A stretch of DNA of 64,000 nt from Candidatus Poribacteria bacterium (GCA_965218095.1 OZ244587.1:1152001-1216000); one strand, 5' to 3'; numbered from the stretch's first letter, positions 9,799-20,043 are shown. Numbers and translations are program-made. Notes: generated by a model not told the origin, from the sequence alone.

Positions 9799-11460
9799 TT
9801 ATTCTGCCCCCCATATAATGTCTTCCTGAATGCGATTCATTCTATCTATTGTCTCATCAAAACTGGAGGCTTCAATGCCAAGCACGGGATCGATCTTAGC
9901 CTCTACGAAAGTAAATCCGCTTTGGCTTTCCTTTTGCTCCTTCTCTAATGGCAGAGCCATATAGACCTTGACTTGGTCGGATCGGATTAACTCCGAATCC
10001 TGATAACCGTTTTCTTTAGCAATCCTTTTCAGGTGTGGTTTATCGTGGTTGAGCATGATGAGGGTGTTTAACTCTTTGATGATGTAATCGCTGTGGGTTG
10101 TGATAAAGATTTTGACACCTAAGTTTACCAATTGCGCAAAAAGCCTAGCAATGCGACACTGATTTTCCGGATGTAGGTTTAACTCTGGCTCATCTACCAT
10201 AAGCAGATGCCCTTTTTGAGCAACATGACGCAGATAAAAACCCATATCGAATAGCGAACGAACGCTACTTGAACTTTCAGCCATCTTCAATTCAATCTCT
10301 GCCCCTTTGGGAATATAGGAGCGTTGATTGTCTTGTGTTATTTTATACTCGCCACCGATAATATCAGCGAAGTTTGCTAACACTTCAGGGTGTTCTTTGG
10401 CAATAAAACTCTGCATCTTCGTAATGTCTCCAAGTTTGCGTATAAAGTCCACATTTTCCTCTATCGGCATAGGATACCTCGGGTAAGAATCTGAGATTAA
10501 CGGTTGCGGCCTAACCTCTTGGTCCGCTTGCACGATCTGCTCTAGTAAACGGTGTCGAGCAAAATCAAGTTCTCTGTGGAAAATAGAGGCTCCGGTGCGT
10601 TCGACTGAAGATATAAAAGGAGACGGAAAATAATCGGAAAAAATAACGGTGCCGATAGCGGCGTTAATGAGGTCTTCTATCATGAAAGGGGTGTCATTTA
10701 GGCTTCCCTCCAATGTCGATCTAATTATTAACTCGTTGCTCCTCGTTTCCTTGGCAAAGGTAATGCCTCTCTCAGAACCGTATCTTATTTCGCCTGCCCA
10801 TCTTTTATCAAATATGTCAATTGGTCCTATTTTGATGTCAAATTTACTGTCGCTAAATAGTCCATCAGTTGCTGCAAAAACCTTCCGCTCCAGCAGGTGA
10901 TCGATATACCGTTTGTTTACTTCTGCAAGCAGTTGATCTGCCTGTTTAACATATTCTGTCAATTCAACTTTGACGCCACCTTCTGTAGACAATAGTCGGA
11001 TTTGACTGTCCGTCATCTTGAAATCTGCCAGTACCGCCCAAGACTTCAAGAAACCGTAGAGTGCATAGGTTGCGTAGGTTTTACCGGTGTTATTCTTGCC
11101 GCAAAGAGCGGTTAAATCTCCTAGCGTAAATTCTGCCTGTTTTAAGACACCAAAATTTTCTAACTCTATTTTCAGATCCCCGACCATCAATTCCTCTTTT
11201 AATCCGTCGCTATCAATGCTCCATAGCCCGCGTGTCGGATTATTTGCCTTACCGTCGTTTTTTAGTCTACTCAAACCGTGCACAGTAGGGCCTATTATCG
11301 TGGAGGTCTGCGGTAAACCTCCACAGCTAAGGTGAACTTCTGTTACTTTTTCTTCGATGTTCCGATAGGGAACAGCCGTCTGTTTATCAAAAAATTCTAA
11401 GATCAGATTAGCCGCAACTTTCGCTGTTAAAGGTTTGTTCTTGTAAGGGTAGTCTTGCAT
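9799..11460 (-). CDS. ABC/AAA (AAA_15/AAA_21-like) ATPase with N-terminal winged-helix-like extension
   Basis: IELENFG, Walker A GKNNTGKT, SSSSVRS, Walker B LMVDEPELNLHP, ITTHS. Confidence 0.9.
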   Translation of the reverse strand: MQDYPYKNKPLTAKVAANLILEFFDKQTAVPYRNIEEKVTEVHLSCGGLPQTSTIIGPTVHGLSRLKNDGKANNPTRGLWSIDSDGLKEELMVGDLKIELENFGVLKQAEFTLGDLTALCGKNNTGKTYATYALYGFLKSWAVLADFKMTDSQIRLLSTEGGVKVELTEYVKQADQLLAEVNKRYIDHLLERKVFAATDGLFSDSKFDIKIGPIDIFDKRWAGEIRYGSERGITFAKETRSNELIIRSTLEGSLNDTPFMIEDLINAAIGTVIFSDYFPSPFISSVERTGASIFHRELDFARHRLLEQIVQADQEVRPQPLISDSYPRYPMPIEENVDFIRKLGDITKMQSFIAKEHPEVLANFADIIGGEYKITQDNQRSYIPKGAEIELKMAESSSSVRSLFDMGFYLRHVAQKGHLLMVDEPELNLHPENQCRIARLFAQLVNLGVKIFITTHSDYIIKELNTLIMLNHDKPHLKRIAKENGYQDSELIRSDQVKVYMALPLEKEQKESQSGFTFVEAKIDPVLGIEASSFDETIDRMNRIQEDIIWGAE

Positions 11461-11837
11461 AGTATTTTCTCCTCTCTCAATCTCTTGAAGTTTTACCAAA
11501 AGATACGTTCCTCCTTAGTGGCATTTGTCACTTGTCACGGCATCTTTCAAACTCCTCCGCCGTGAGCTGTTTTATGTTTGTCATGGATTACGTTGATCAC
11601 AACTTCTATATTCCAGTCAAATGCAATATCCGATAAGAGAACTTATCAACCGTTCCATGTTAATGAAGTTTGATATTTCTTTTTTACAATGAACCAAAAT
11701 CCATTTGTCTCACTCTCTTGCCTAAAACGAACCATTATCGCCCCGCGTGAAAACCACTACATTAGGGGACAAAACTAGACGACGCCTAACAGACATGGAA
11801 ATCTCCTATTGAATTTGCAATTTTCTTCATGGGATTC

Positions 11838-11945
11838 GGCTTTCTAGCCTTCATGCCCGGTCAATGGGTGTGGGAGACGCCACTGTGCAGTGGCGTCTCC
11901 CACGAAAGCCAATACAATTATACCATATTTTGCTATTTGAATCAA
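11838..11945 (-). promoter_or_regulatory. Sigma70-type promoter followed by a structured leader
   Basis: Minus strand TTGATT-17-TATAAT with extended TG; GGCTTTC...GAAAGCC stem encloses a perfect 16-bp hairpin (11870-11903). Confidence 0.6.
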
Positions 11946-11998
11946 AACCTCCGCTCCGGCGATTTCTCCCTCATTTTCTGAGGAATGGTATACTCGAT

Positions 11999-12154
11999 TC
12001 ACGGCGGTTTGAGTAGCATCACCAGGGGGTTGGTCAGTTTTGCTATCTCTTTTTCGAGTCGGCTCGCTTTCTGTTCCAACTGGTCTATTCTCGCTTGTAA
12101 CCTTTCGACTGTCTCTGCTAACATCTGATAACATCTCCCCTTCTCAACTATCAT
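11999..12154 (-). CDS. Small coiled-coil protein (51 aa, not in ORF track)
   Basis: MIVEKGRCYQMLAETVERLQARIDQLEQKASRLEKEIAKLTNP heptad pattern; GAGG upstream. Confidence 0.45.
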   Translation of the reverse strand: MIVEKGRCYQMLAETVERLQARIDQLEQKASRLEKEIAKLTNPLVMLLKPP

Positions 12155-12268
12155 TCATCTTAATCCTCTTGTATCCTTCCTCTTGTGAACACCGACACAC
12201 AAGAGGAAAGCGCGGATGGCGTAAATGCAGCAAAAACTGAAACCTGAATCTATCGTAGAATAGACATT

Positions 12269-12646
12269 ATGTCTACTCAAATGTATAGACAAATGTCTAT
12301 TAAACAAGCCGCCGCACATTTCGGAGTAACCGAAACCACAATTCGCCGACGGATAAAGGCGGGAAAGTTCAAAGCCACGCGCAAAGGCAAGCGTATCTAT
12401 GTGCACATCGAACTAGACACCGCGTCTAGACAAAATGCTCAAAATGTGCACTCACCTGATGAAACTATCAAGCTGCAGCAGTCCGAGATCAATCACCTCC
12501 GAGAACAGGTGGATAAACTCACCAGTCTGCTCGCCATGCAGACCCAGCAGAACAGCAACCTCATCGCACAGCTACCAAAGCCCCGCCCTTCGTTCACTAA
12601 CCAGATTCGCAGTTTTTTTACCCGGCTCATCGGAAGCCCCGAATAA
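12269..12646 (+). CDS. Excisionase/MerR-like HTH + coiled-coil protein
   Basis: MSIKQAAAHFGVTETTIRRRIKAGKF, C-terminal heptads. Confidence 0.8.
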   Translation: MSTQMYRQMSIKQAAAHFGVTETTIRRRIKAGKFKATRKGKRIYVHIELDTASRQNAQNVHSPDETIKLQQSEINHLREQVDKLTSLLAMQTQQNSNLIAQLPKPRPSFTNQIRSFFTRLIGSPE

Positions 12647-13340
12647 TCCACCACACAACTAAGAACACGCCATGCCCCATGGCAAAGGTAACGATGAAAG
12701 CCCCAAGCAGATCTCTCACCGCTTTCGCCCGTGCTTTCCATACCCTTTGTGGATGTTTGTTTTCCCATTCTTGATATTGCTTCTCTTTCTCTATCGCGTT
12801 ATCAATCATTTTTTCGAGTTGACCCTTCTTGAAAGACCTTGCTGCTGCCATCGACTGGACATCTGCCAAAATCTTTTCCTTCGGGGAAAAAGGGGGGGGA
12901 ATAGGATGAAGGTCTATACCGAACGCTTCCAACCTTTCATCGCTTGTCAGATCTTCTTTACACCAGTGGCGAACAAGTGACGGAGGCAGATTGAGTTGTG
13001 ATGCGATGTCCTTGATTTTCATGCCTTCGTTTCTCAATTTCCTTGCGCTCTGCTTGTCTTTGTCCTTTGCGGCTCGTTTTTTTTTATATGCTGCGATCTC
13101 TTTTTCATATTCAAGCAATTGATCCCAACTCTTTATCACAAGTTTTTTTATCTCACCCTGAATTGACCGAGGGCGATAAGTGGATGTGTGAAAATAGAAA
13201 TCCAAGTGTTCCGGCGGTTTGTGGGACGCTTGATATCCCCCTATCAACCCAATAAAGCCGACAGTGGCAAAAGCCCCAATAATAGAAGCTACCAGCCACA
13301 AGCGGTTGAATCCCCTGTGATACTTGTTGAGCCATCGCAT
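12627..13340 (-). CDS. Hypothetical two/three-TM protein with internal HTH
   Basis: TM segments at both ends; ARKLRNEGMKIKDIASQLNLPPSLVRHW; starts 5 bp after the recombinase stop. Confidence 0.65.
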   Translation of the reverse strand: MRWLNKYHRGFNRLWLVASIIGAFATVGFIGLIGGYQASHKPPEHLDFYFHTSTYRPRSIQGEIKKLVIKSWDQLLEYEKEIAAYKKKRAAKDKDKQSARKLRNEGMKIKDIASQLNLPPSLVRHWCKEDLTSDERLEAFGIDLHPIPPPFSPKEKILADVQSMAAARSFKKGQLEKMIDNAIEKEKQYQEWENKHPQRVWKARAKAVRDLLGAFIVTFAMGHGVFLVVWWIIRGFR

Positions 13341-13345
13341 AGTTA

Positions 13346-14266
13346 TCACTTCCCCTTCCCATAGAAGAACCTTGCGACCGCGCCCCGTTCCGCGAGCTCC
13401 GCTTTGGCATAATGCGCCGGCATCTGTGGCGACTTCCACCTGCCTGCGTTCTGCATATCGACGACCGAAGCCCCAGCCTGAGCGAGCGAGACAGCACTGC
13501 CGACCCTGAGCGAATGACCAGAGATAAATCCTTCGACACCCGCAGTTTTGGCACGGGCTTGGATGATACGCCGAGCTGAGACGGTGGTGAGCCTCCCGCT
13601 TTGGACATGATCCCCGCGTCTGATATGCCTGAACAACGCCCCGCTTTGAATCTCAGCGCTTGTGCAGTAACGATCTATCAACTTCAGTGTGGGACCGCCA
13701 ACATACAATACCTCGCCCCGACCCTCCTGATCGGTCTTGGACGATCTTATCCTCAGTGTGTTCTTGTGCAGATCTCCGACATTGACCGCGACGGCTTCCG
13801 AAATTCTCAACAGACAATCGCTCATGAGCCTGATAAGCGCTGCGTCTCGAAGCCCTGCGATCGTTTTATCGGCTTCGGCAAGGGTAACAACCCTCAACAT
13901 CTCCTCGCGCTCCACGCCGTCCACCTGCCCTTTGCCGCGTTCCTTCCCTTCACGGCGGATACCTGCCAATGTCTTACTGGTAACTTCACCAACGATCTCA
14001 ATGCCATGATTCTTTGCCAACCACTTCGCCGCGGCAACCACCTGTGCGATCGTCGAGGGGGATTTGCCCTCAGTGTGAAGCTCGGTGATGTAATCCGCCA
14101 GTCGCCCGTCGGTTAAGATCTGACCACTGAGCCATGCTTCAAGCTCCCTCGATAGTCTCTGGTATCGCTTGAGCGTGCTATCTGCGATACTCGATTGAAT
14201 CAACTCTTTCGTCTCTTGGCGGATAGCGAGTTCTGTTTTCTGTTGCCGTGTTACCAATTCGTTCAT
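13346..14266 (-). CDS. Cre-like tyrosine recombinase
   Basis: LLRISE (R), SKTDQ (K), GHSLR (HxxR), AGRW (W), PAHY (Y); RBS GAGGAG. Confidence 0.93.
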   Translation of the reverse strand: MNELVTRQQKTELAIRQETKELIQSSIADSTLKRYQRLSRELEAWLSGQILTDGRLADYITELHTEGKSPSTIAQVVAAAKWLAKNHGIEIVGEVTSKTLAGIRREGKERGKGQVDGVEREEMLRVVTLAEADKTIAGLRDAALIRLMSDCLLRISEAVAVNVGDLHKNTLRIRSSKTDQEGRGEVLYVGGPTLKLIDRYCTSAEIQSGALFRHIRRGDHVQSGRLTTVSARRIIQARAKTAGVEGFISGHSLRVGSAVSLAQAGASVVDMQNAGRWKSPQMPAHYAKAELAERGAVARFFYGKGK

Positions 14267-14589
14267 GTATTCACTCCTCTCAATTGAGCCTCGCCCCGGT
14301 CGGTGAGATGCCAGCACCTCTGTTCGCGATCATAAAGGACTTCAACTAGCGTTGGCTCTTGGGTAGCGAGGCAATTCATGTCAATTGAGCCGGTGAGTTG
14401 CTGGTGTTGGTTCTTGGCAATCAACTGAACAATCGTGTTAATGAATGCGTATCCATGCTCACCCCTAATGGCAAGGGGCTGATTCATGAGGGTAATATTC
14501 AAATCTGCATAGCTAGTGCCGGTGATTTCAAAGACTTCCTCGACATTGACTTGAACTTCCTGGCTTATTCTAATTGGATCTATTTGCAT
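14263..14589 (-). CDS. Hypothetical protein
   Basis: RBS GGAGG; ATGA overlap with the recombinase. Confidence 0.65.
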   Translation of the reverse strand: MQIDPIRISQEVQVNVEEVFEITGTSYADLNITLMNQPLAIRGEHGYAFINTIVQLIAKNQHQQLTGSIDMNCLATQEPTLVEVLYDREQRCWHLTDRGEAQLRGVNT

Positions 14590-14628
14590 GGGGCTGTCCT
14601 CCGATTTTGTTCATGATCAATCATCCTG

Positions 14629-15201
14629 TTAAGGTGCGCTCCACTTGATATTCCCCATCGCATCTTCGACGATGACCGCTGCGCCTGCCCCGTTGTCCTC
14701 TACTTCCACCATATTCATATGGTCATCCGAACTGACCAACGTAATCCCTCTGCCATCGGCACTTCCCCTGCGTCCCAACGTTACAAAGCTGTGCCTATCG
14801 TGGCTTCGTAGAGCCAACCGTTGCGTGAATGCCGCGTCCGCTGGATCACATAGTAACACCTGATTGCCCTTCTCCTCTTCGCTTAGTAACCAAACCCCAA
14901 TACCACGATTATTCTTATTGCTTATCATGATAGAATTCGCGTCATCGTGGACACTTAACGCCATCTGTGGAGTGCCTGCCTTATCCGACAGTCTTATCAT
15001 ATTCCCATCCTCACCACTAATCAGATCAATCATGTGTTCCCCCGCGTGATTGACCACTGTGAGCCGGGAACACACAATATCATCAAATACCCCACTTCGC
15101 TGTGCAATCAACGGCGGTGAAACAATCGCCCCGACCGCAAGCCCAATTAACATGATTACTGCCCCTAACCCCATAGATCTGACACAGATTCTTCGTTTCA
15201 T
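14629..15201 (-). CDS. Hypothetical exported/membrane-anchored beta-rich protein
   Basis: RBS AGGAG, N-terminal hydrophobic helix, repeated beta-strand pattern. Confidence 0.7.
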   Translation of the reverse strand: MKRRICVRSMGLGAVIMLIGLAVGAIVSPPLIAQRSGVFDDIVCSRLTVVNHAGEHMIDLISGEDGNMIRLSDKAGTPQMALSVHDDANSIMISNKNNRGIGVWLLSEEEKGNQVLLCDPADAAFTQRLALRSHDRHSFVTLGRRGSADGRGITLVSSDDHMNMVEVEDNGAGAAVIVEDAMGNIKWSAP

Positions 15202-15445
15202 GCCCTGCTCCTACTATCCCCTTGGATGGGCACCGATTGACTGGGGATGTCGCACAATCGGCGTTAATGTTCGGTAAAATGATTTACATAAATCTATTAT
15301 AACCGATGCGATGCCCAGATTGCAACGGGAAACCCTGCCATACAGCGTGCTTTTTATCTTGTAATATATTGCATGGGATATTATAATAAAAGGAACGCAG
15401 AATATTGTTCTGAATATCCCAAAACACAGGGAGGGAGGGAGGATT

Positions 15446-15643
15446 GTGAGGGAACGCTACACCGAAAGACTTACCATCAACCTGACAGAAACTTTGAAAG
15501 ACAAAATCAAGAACGCTGCCGCTAAGTTGGATTGGAATGTTTCTGATGTTGTGCGCGAATGTGTAGAGGTTGAACTCTCCCGGCTCATCGACCGTGAAAC
15601 CAAACGGACAAAACGTAGGACACAGCAAAACGATAACTCGTAA
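15446..15643 (+). CDS. Ribbon-helix-helix (CopG/Arc-like) regulator
   Basis: ERLTINLTETLKDKIKNAAAKLDWNVSDVVRECV; RBS GGAGG; AT-rich divergent region upstream. Confidence 0.75.
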   Translation: MRERYTERLTINLTETLKDKIKNAAAKLDWNVSDVVRECVEVELSRLIDRETKRTKRRTQQNDNS

Positions 15644-15710
15644 AACCCACGCCAACACTGAGCCGGGCAGTTTTTTAGACCCCGGACAATTTATAGGACA
15701 GGAGCTGAAT

Positions 15711-15890
15711 ATGAACATCAAGAAAACGCTTCAGGGGTAGGAGGAAACACTCGCCCAAGAAGCAAAGGACGGGAACGATGATGCAATCGCTATCCTCGAC
15801 TGGATGAAACGGAACAGATGGCTCAAGTCGCAACGACAATTGAAACCAAAGCATTATCTCAAAGGCGTTAAACCTAAAATTGAGGTCTGA
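15711..15890 (+). pseudogene. Small ORF with internal amber codon
   Basis: RBS AGGAG, ATG 15711, TAG at 15738-15740, frame open to TGA 15890. Confidence 0.4.
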
Positions 15891-15971
15891 TCACGGAAAA
15901 TGATGTCTTTGAACCCGAAACCATTGATAAAGAAAATCAACAGCTCCAATCACAACTGGAGGCAACCGAAG

Positions 15972-16457
15972 ATGAACGATCAACGACGTCATGTCGATAT
16001 TTACTCCGCCGTGCCACAGGAACTGAAAGAACGTCGCCAGTGGGTCATGTGGAGATGGACAAAACGGGAGGACGAGGACAAGCCCACAAAACCGCCATAT
16101 AAGCCCACTAGTCGATTTCTCAATCGCCAGAAAGCCAAGAACAATGATCCATATACGTGGACGGATTTTCAGTCGGTGTACAAACCGCAACTCTCTGATA
16201 CACCTTGCTTCGGTGTGCTACCTGAAGATTATGACGATCGGGGAACAGAATGCGGCTGCGTTTTTTCAGGGATTGGCTTCGTGTTTAGAAAAGATGACCC
16301 ATACTGCGGAATAGACCTCGACGATTGCCTCTACCGCGATGAAAACGGGAAGATTCAGATTAAGCCCTGGGCACAGCCGATTGTTGATATGCTAACGCCT
16401 ATTGCCTACGCTGAGGTATCCCCAAGTGGTAAAGGTATCAAGTTTTGGAAGTCTTAA
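15972..16457 (+). pseudogene. Truncated primase-polymerase (NrS-1-like N-terminal domain)
   Basis: PQELKERRQWVMWR..TKPPY, GIGFVF..DPYCGIDLDDC, YAEVSPSGKG, then abrupt stop; no helicase domain. Confidence 0.8.
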
Positions 16458-16637
16458 CATGAAGCCAATATTTTATTATTTCCACATCCCTTAGTCTTAG
16501 CCTCGGCCTTAACCTTCATCGACATCCTGAAAAAGAGGCGGACGGAATGGTTTGTGCGTGATGAGCGACCCTTCGGATTGGGCTGCTGCTTGCGTCGTCA
16601 AGAAGACGTGTCCTGCCTTTGAAAGGTTTACTACAAT

Positions 16638-17045
16638 TCACCTCCTATCAAGGTAAAATTCAACGTCGGGGTTGGTAACGACCGGAATATGTACACGCAC
16701 TTCACCATCTTCGTAACCGAGATTAAAATTCTCATGTTCGCGGATGATAGATCCAGCGCTGAATTTAAGAAATTTGACTGATGTGAGAAGACACTTAAAA
16801 GTTCCTAGCACTTGCCGGGTGTAAGCACAGTAGGACAAGATCTCTGTATCAGCAAATGGTTACTGGGCAGCCGGATCAGGGTATATTTGGTTTGAAATAC
16901 CGCCGATAGAACGTAAAACAACCTCACTCCACTCACCTTCGTAAATGGCGGTATTAAAGTGGGGCCTCCATTCATTTGATGAAATTTGATCAAGGTCGGC
17001 ACGGAGATGATCCGCGTCAAATTCAAAAGGAAGCTCAAAACTCAT
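16638..17045 (-). pseudogene. Aspartyl/asparaginyl beta-hydroxylase-domain gene, disrupted
   Basis: LPFEFDA..L..DL...WRPHFN...WS.VVLRS, in-frame TAA at 16860-16862, then IREH...GEVRVHIPVVTNPDVEF; 3' truncated. Confidence 0.8.
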
Positions 17046-17057
17046 AAATCACCCTTG

Positions 17058-18137
17058 TTATTCTTGTCTAATCCGGCGCTCGAAAGCACGAATTTCTTCC
17101 CCGCCCTCCAGAACGCCTATTTCTAGGTGAAACTCCCGGACTTCGCCGGGCTGGATGTACTGAAGGTAGTCATGCTTGCGGTTCCAGGCGCGACCCAGCA
17201 TACTGACATTGCCGGGTTCGATCCCCGTTACATAAGTCCCTCTGTGGAAGTGCTGCCAATGGGTGACGACAGGCATCTCCTGAATGGGGAATTTCCAGTA
17301 CAGTCCCAGTTGCAGGTTGTCGTTAATTAAGCCCACATGCACGTTGCCCTCAGCATCGGCGACGGGACGGTGTATGTACACATCGTCGTGCGCTTCTGTC
17401 TGCGGCATGAGAGCTACTTCGTAATCGTCGGGACTTACTTCCCGGTCTTCCAGCCATTCCGTGGTCTTCTCGCTGTTGAGAACCAGGCGGGCGCCGGCAT
17501 CAAGGAGCGGGAAGCCCGGATTGGTATGGTAGACGAACATCAGCGGCGAGCCATCCACACTAAGATTCTCGATACGGTCGTGGATGCGCAGGCATTTCTC
17601 GCCCAGCACTGTGGAGATCGCTCGGGTGAGTTCCAAGTTCGTGCCGAAGACTACCGCCTCGCGCATCCTGCCGCGTACTCGCACCACGTAATCCTCTCCT
17701 TCCCAGCCACAATCGGCTACGACACCTTTGGCTGGGATAAAGGAGAGGCGGCCGTGCAGGCCCAGTTCCTCATTTTCTTCGTCGGGGTCCACTTCCGGAT
17801 GGCCGGTGAAGATCATGCCGCAACTGGTCACGAGACCGCCAAAAAAGCCGCGCATCCAGCCATAGCCCTGGGGCTCGTAAAAGGCTGGTCCCACATCCCC
17901 GGTATTGCCGCGGAAACACAGGGACATCCCCTTATAGTGGGCGAAGGCGATATCCAGGGAGCGGCCCGGTAGGATGGAAAAACAGAGTCCGGAGGCATTG
18001 AAGACTTCAATCAGATCAGCGCCCTGTTCATTCCCTTCTACCAGTTCCGCCCGACGGGCTGAAGCCAGTTGGGTCATATCTCCGACCATTTCCAGGAGTT
18101 GCTTTTTTGTGTACTTTCGTCCAAAAAGCTGTGGCAT
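17058..18137 (-). CDS. Aldose 1-epimerase-like (DUF4432) protein
   Basis: ILPGRSLDI, FFGGLVTSCG, GLHGR, YHTNPGFPLL, TGIEPG. Confidence 0.88.
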   Translation of the reverse strand: MPQLFGRKYTKKQLLEMVGDMTQLASARRAELVEGNEQGADLIEVFNASGLCFSILPGRSLDIAFAHYKGMSLCFRGNTGDVGPAFYEPQGYGWMRGFFGGLVTSCGMIFTGHPEVDPDEENEELGLHGRLSFIPAKGVVADCGWEGEDYVVRVRGRMREAVVFGTNLELTRAISTVLGEKCLRIHDRIENLSVDGSPLMFVYHTNPGFPLLDAGARLVLNSEKTTEWLEDREVSPDDYEVALMPQTEAHDDVYIHRPVADAEGNVHVGLINDNLQLGLYWKFPIQEMPVVTHWQHFHRGTYVTGIEPGNVSMLGRAWNRKHDYLQYIQPGEVREFHLEIGVLEGGEEIRAFERRIRQE

Positions 18138-18300
18138 GATTTGTCCTCCTAAACATTTGAGTTGGGGGATGGTGAAAAGTTCGGTTCACACTGTTTACAC
18201 GCTTTGAAAAATCCCGTCGCCTGTAAATTTCATATTTCGCATTGATTTGTACGCAGTCTGAAACCTTCCAGAATCCCATTCGCATATTGGCCAATTTTAA

Positions 18301-19590
18301 TCACCGCCCCTGCCAGCGCCCGCGCACTGGGTGCTTCTGGGCTCGCTCGAACAAGTCTGCCCATTCCCTGGAGCCATCATCCGGCTGGGGTTCTAACCGC
18401 ACGCCTTCGACGTAGGCTGGCCCATGCCCGGCGCCGAAGTAGCCATACCCCTGTCTACTACTGCCCATGCGGATGCAACTGCCATCCGGGTAGACAATGG
18501 TATTGATGATCCGTGGTTTTGGGCGGTCATAGAGCTCGCCTCTCTCTCTGAATTCTCTGAGTGTATCTTCAGGGACGCGATACCTTTCAATGGTCTCCTC
18601 GTCTACCTCAACGCCCAGCCCAGGTCCATCCGGCACCTTGTGGTACCCGCCGACAACCTCGATCTCCTTTTTCAACAACTGGTGGCTGTAAAGGTTTATG
18701 CAGGTAATCGCTGGCCAGGTGGCATGGGTCAAGACCGCGCCGAGATGGGCGGCCCAGGTCGTCGTCAGGCCATTCCCCACCAACTGCAACCAAAAAGGCA
18801 TGCGTGCTTCAGCGCTTAGAATCCCTTGTTTTATAACTGTAGACTTTCCAGCACAAATGACGTACCCATCGCAGACCCCCTCGCGGATATTCGTAATATA
18901 AGGCGGAAATCCGAAATGCATAGCAATCGGCCGGTTAATCGCCTGACGAATCTGGATATTCCCGAGCACATCGTCTTGGGGAATGGGCGTCTCAAACATT
19001 GCCACATTGTCGTACCTTTCCAGTTTTTTAATGATAGGAATCGCCGCTGCCGCATTCTGCCAGGTAGCGTTGGCGTCGAGGTCTAGCTTAAAATGCGACG
19101 GCACGACCTGGGCGATGGCATCGACCTGCGCTGCGATGTCCCACCAAGGTCGGGCCTTGAGCTTGAAACTGGTGTAGCCCTTCGCCACTGCCTCCTTAGC
19201 TTCGGCAGCCCAATCTTCGGGGGAGGCATCGATAGACCACCAGGAAATCGGAACCGAATCCCGCACCTTGGCCCCCATCAATTCGTAAACCGGTACTTCC
19301 AACACCTTCCCGACCACGTCGAATAACGCCATCTGTAGTCCGGCGCCCAGGGAATCATCGTTCATCAGTTTTGCCGGGCTCTGTCCTTTCACCTTTTTTA
19401 CGGTATCGTTCGTCACCCGCGCCCAGGTATAATGAATCACAGTCTCGCCCCAGCCTATGTGCCCGGTATCTGTTGTCACCTTGCACAACTCTAAAATCGC
19501 CCAGTTGTATACCTCCCGCTCAGTGATCTTCTGCTGCCGAAGGGTAAATGGCACATCCACGATAATGCGTTCTACATCTACGACCTTCAT
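18301..19590 (-). CDS. Mandelate racemase/muconate lactonizing (enolase superfamily) enzyme
   Basis: GWGE, GYTSFKLK, LDAN, FETP, VPDGPGLGVEVD. Confidence 0.9.
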   Translation of the reverse strand: MKVVDVERIIVDVPFTLRQQKITEREVYNWAILELCKVTTDTGHIGWGETVIHYTWARVTNDTVKKVKGQSPAKLMNDDSLGAGLQMALFDVVGKVLEVPVYELMGAKVRDSVPISWWSIDASPEDWAAEAKEAVAKGYTSFKLKARPWWDIAAQVDAIAQVVPSHFKLDLDANATWQNAAAAIPIIKKLERYDNVAMFETPIPQDDVLGNIQIRQAINRPIAMHFGFPPYITNIREGVCDGYVICAGKSTVIKQGILSAEARMPFWLQLVGNGLTTTWAAHLGAVLTHATWPAITCINLYSHQLLKKEIEVVGGYHKVPDGPGLGVEVDEETIERYRVPEDTLREFRERGELYDRPKPRIINTIVYPDGSCIRMGSSRQGYGYFGAGHGPAYVEGVRLEPQPDDGSREWADLFERAQKHPVRGRWQGR

Positions 19591-20043
19591 TGTATTATCC
19601 TTTCTAGTTAATCGGTAATATGGTAAAATTATGTCAGTCTATCATTGAGTTTTTTTACATGATTCCCGACGGGGCGCCTCCAGAAGGGATTACAGCTATT
19701 AACCTTTGGTAGTTTTGGAATGTGGATTCAATAACGACGGGTATAAAGCCCTGGACTACGGAGAATTGTATGATAGCCTGGCCCCTTGTGGGCGTTGAGT
19801 TTGGTACGAACTAGCACCATTGGTTATTATAAGCATTTGCAGATCTATGTCAACAAGAAAAAGTGGCGAATCCGATAGGGATGACCGTCAAACTTGTACA
19901 CTTTGAAGCGTAAATGCTCGGGCAGCTACCAAAACCCATTGTACCAACCATTTGGTCGATCTTCGATCGGGGTCTACCATTGATTATCTAACTGTTCAAA
20001 TACTTCTGCCGTGCACCAATAGGTGGATAGAGAGGAATGAATT

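Larger units (their letters stand above)
11999..16457. mobile_element. Truncated integrated plasmid/phage-satellite-like element (boundaries approximate)
   Basis: Tyrosine recombinase, HTH, RHH and truncated primase-polymerase; no capsid or tail genes; no att repeats found. Confidence 0.7.

Noticed and set aside
11500-11584. Uma2-like N-terminus MTNIKQLTAEEF
   Set aside because: Too short to support
584-17045. Stop-codon recoding to explain in-frame stops (650, 15738, 16860)
   Set aside because: Different stop types are involved, frameshifts and truncations accompany them, and all three stops terminate intact genes
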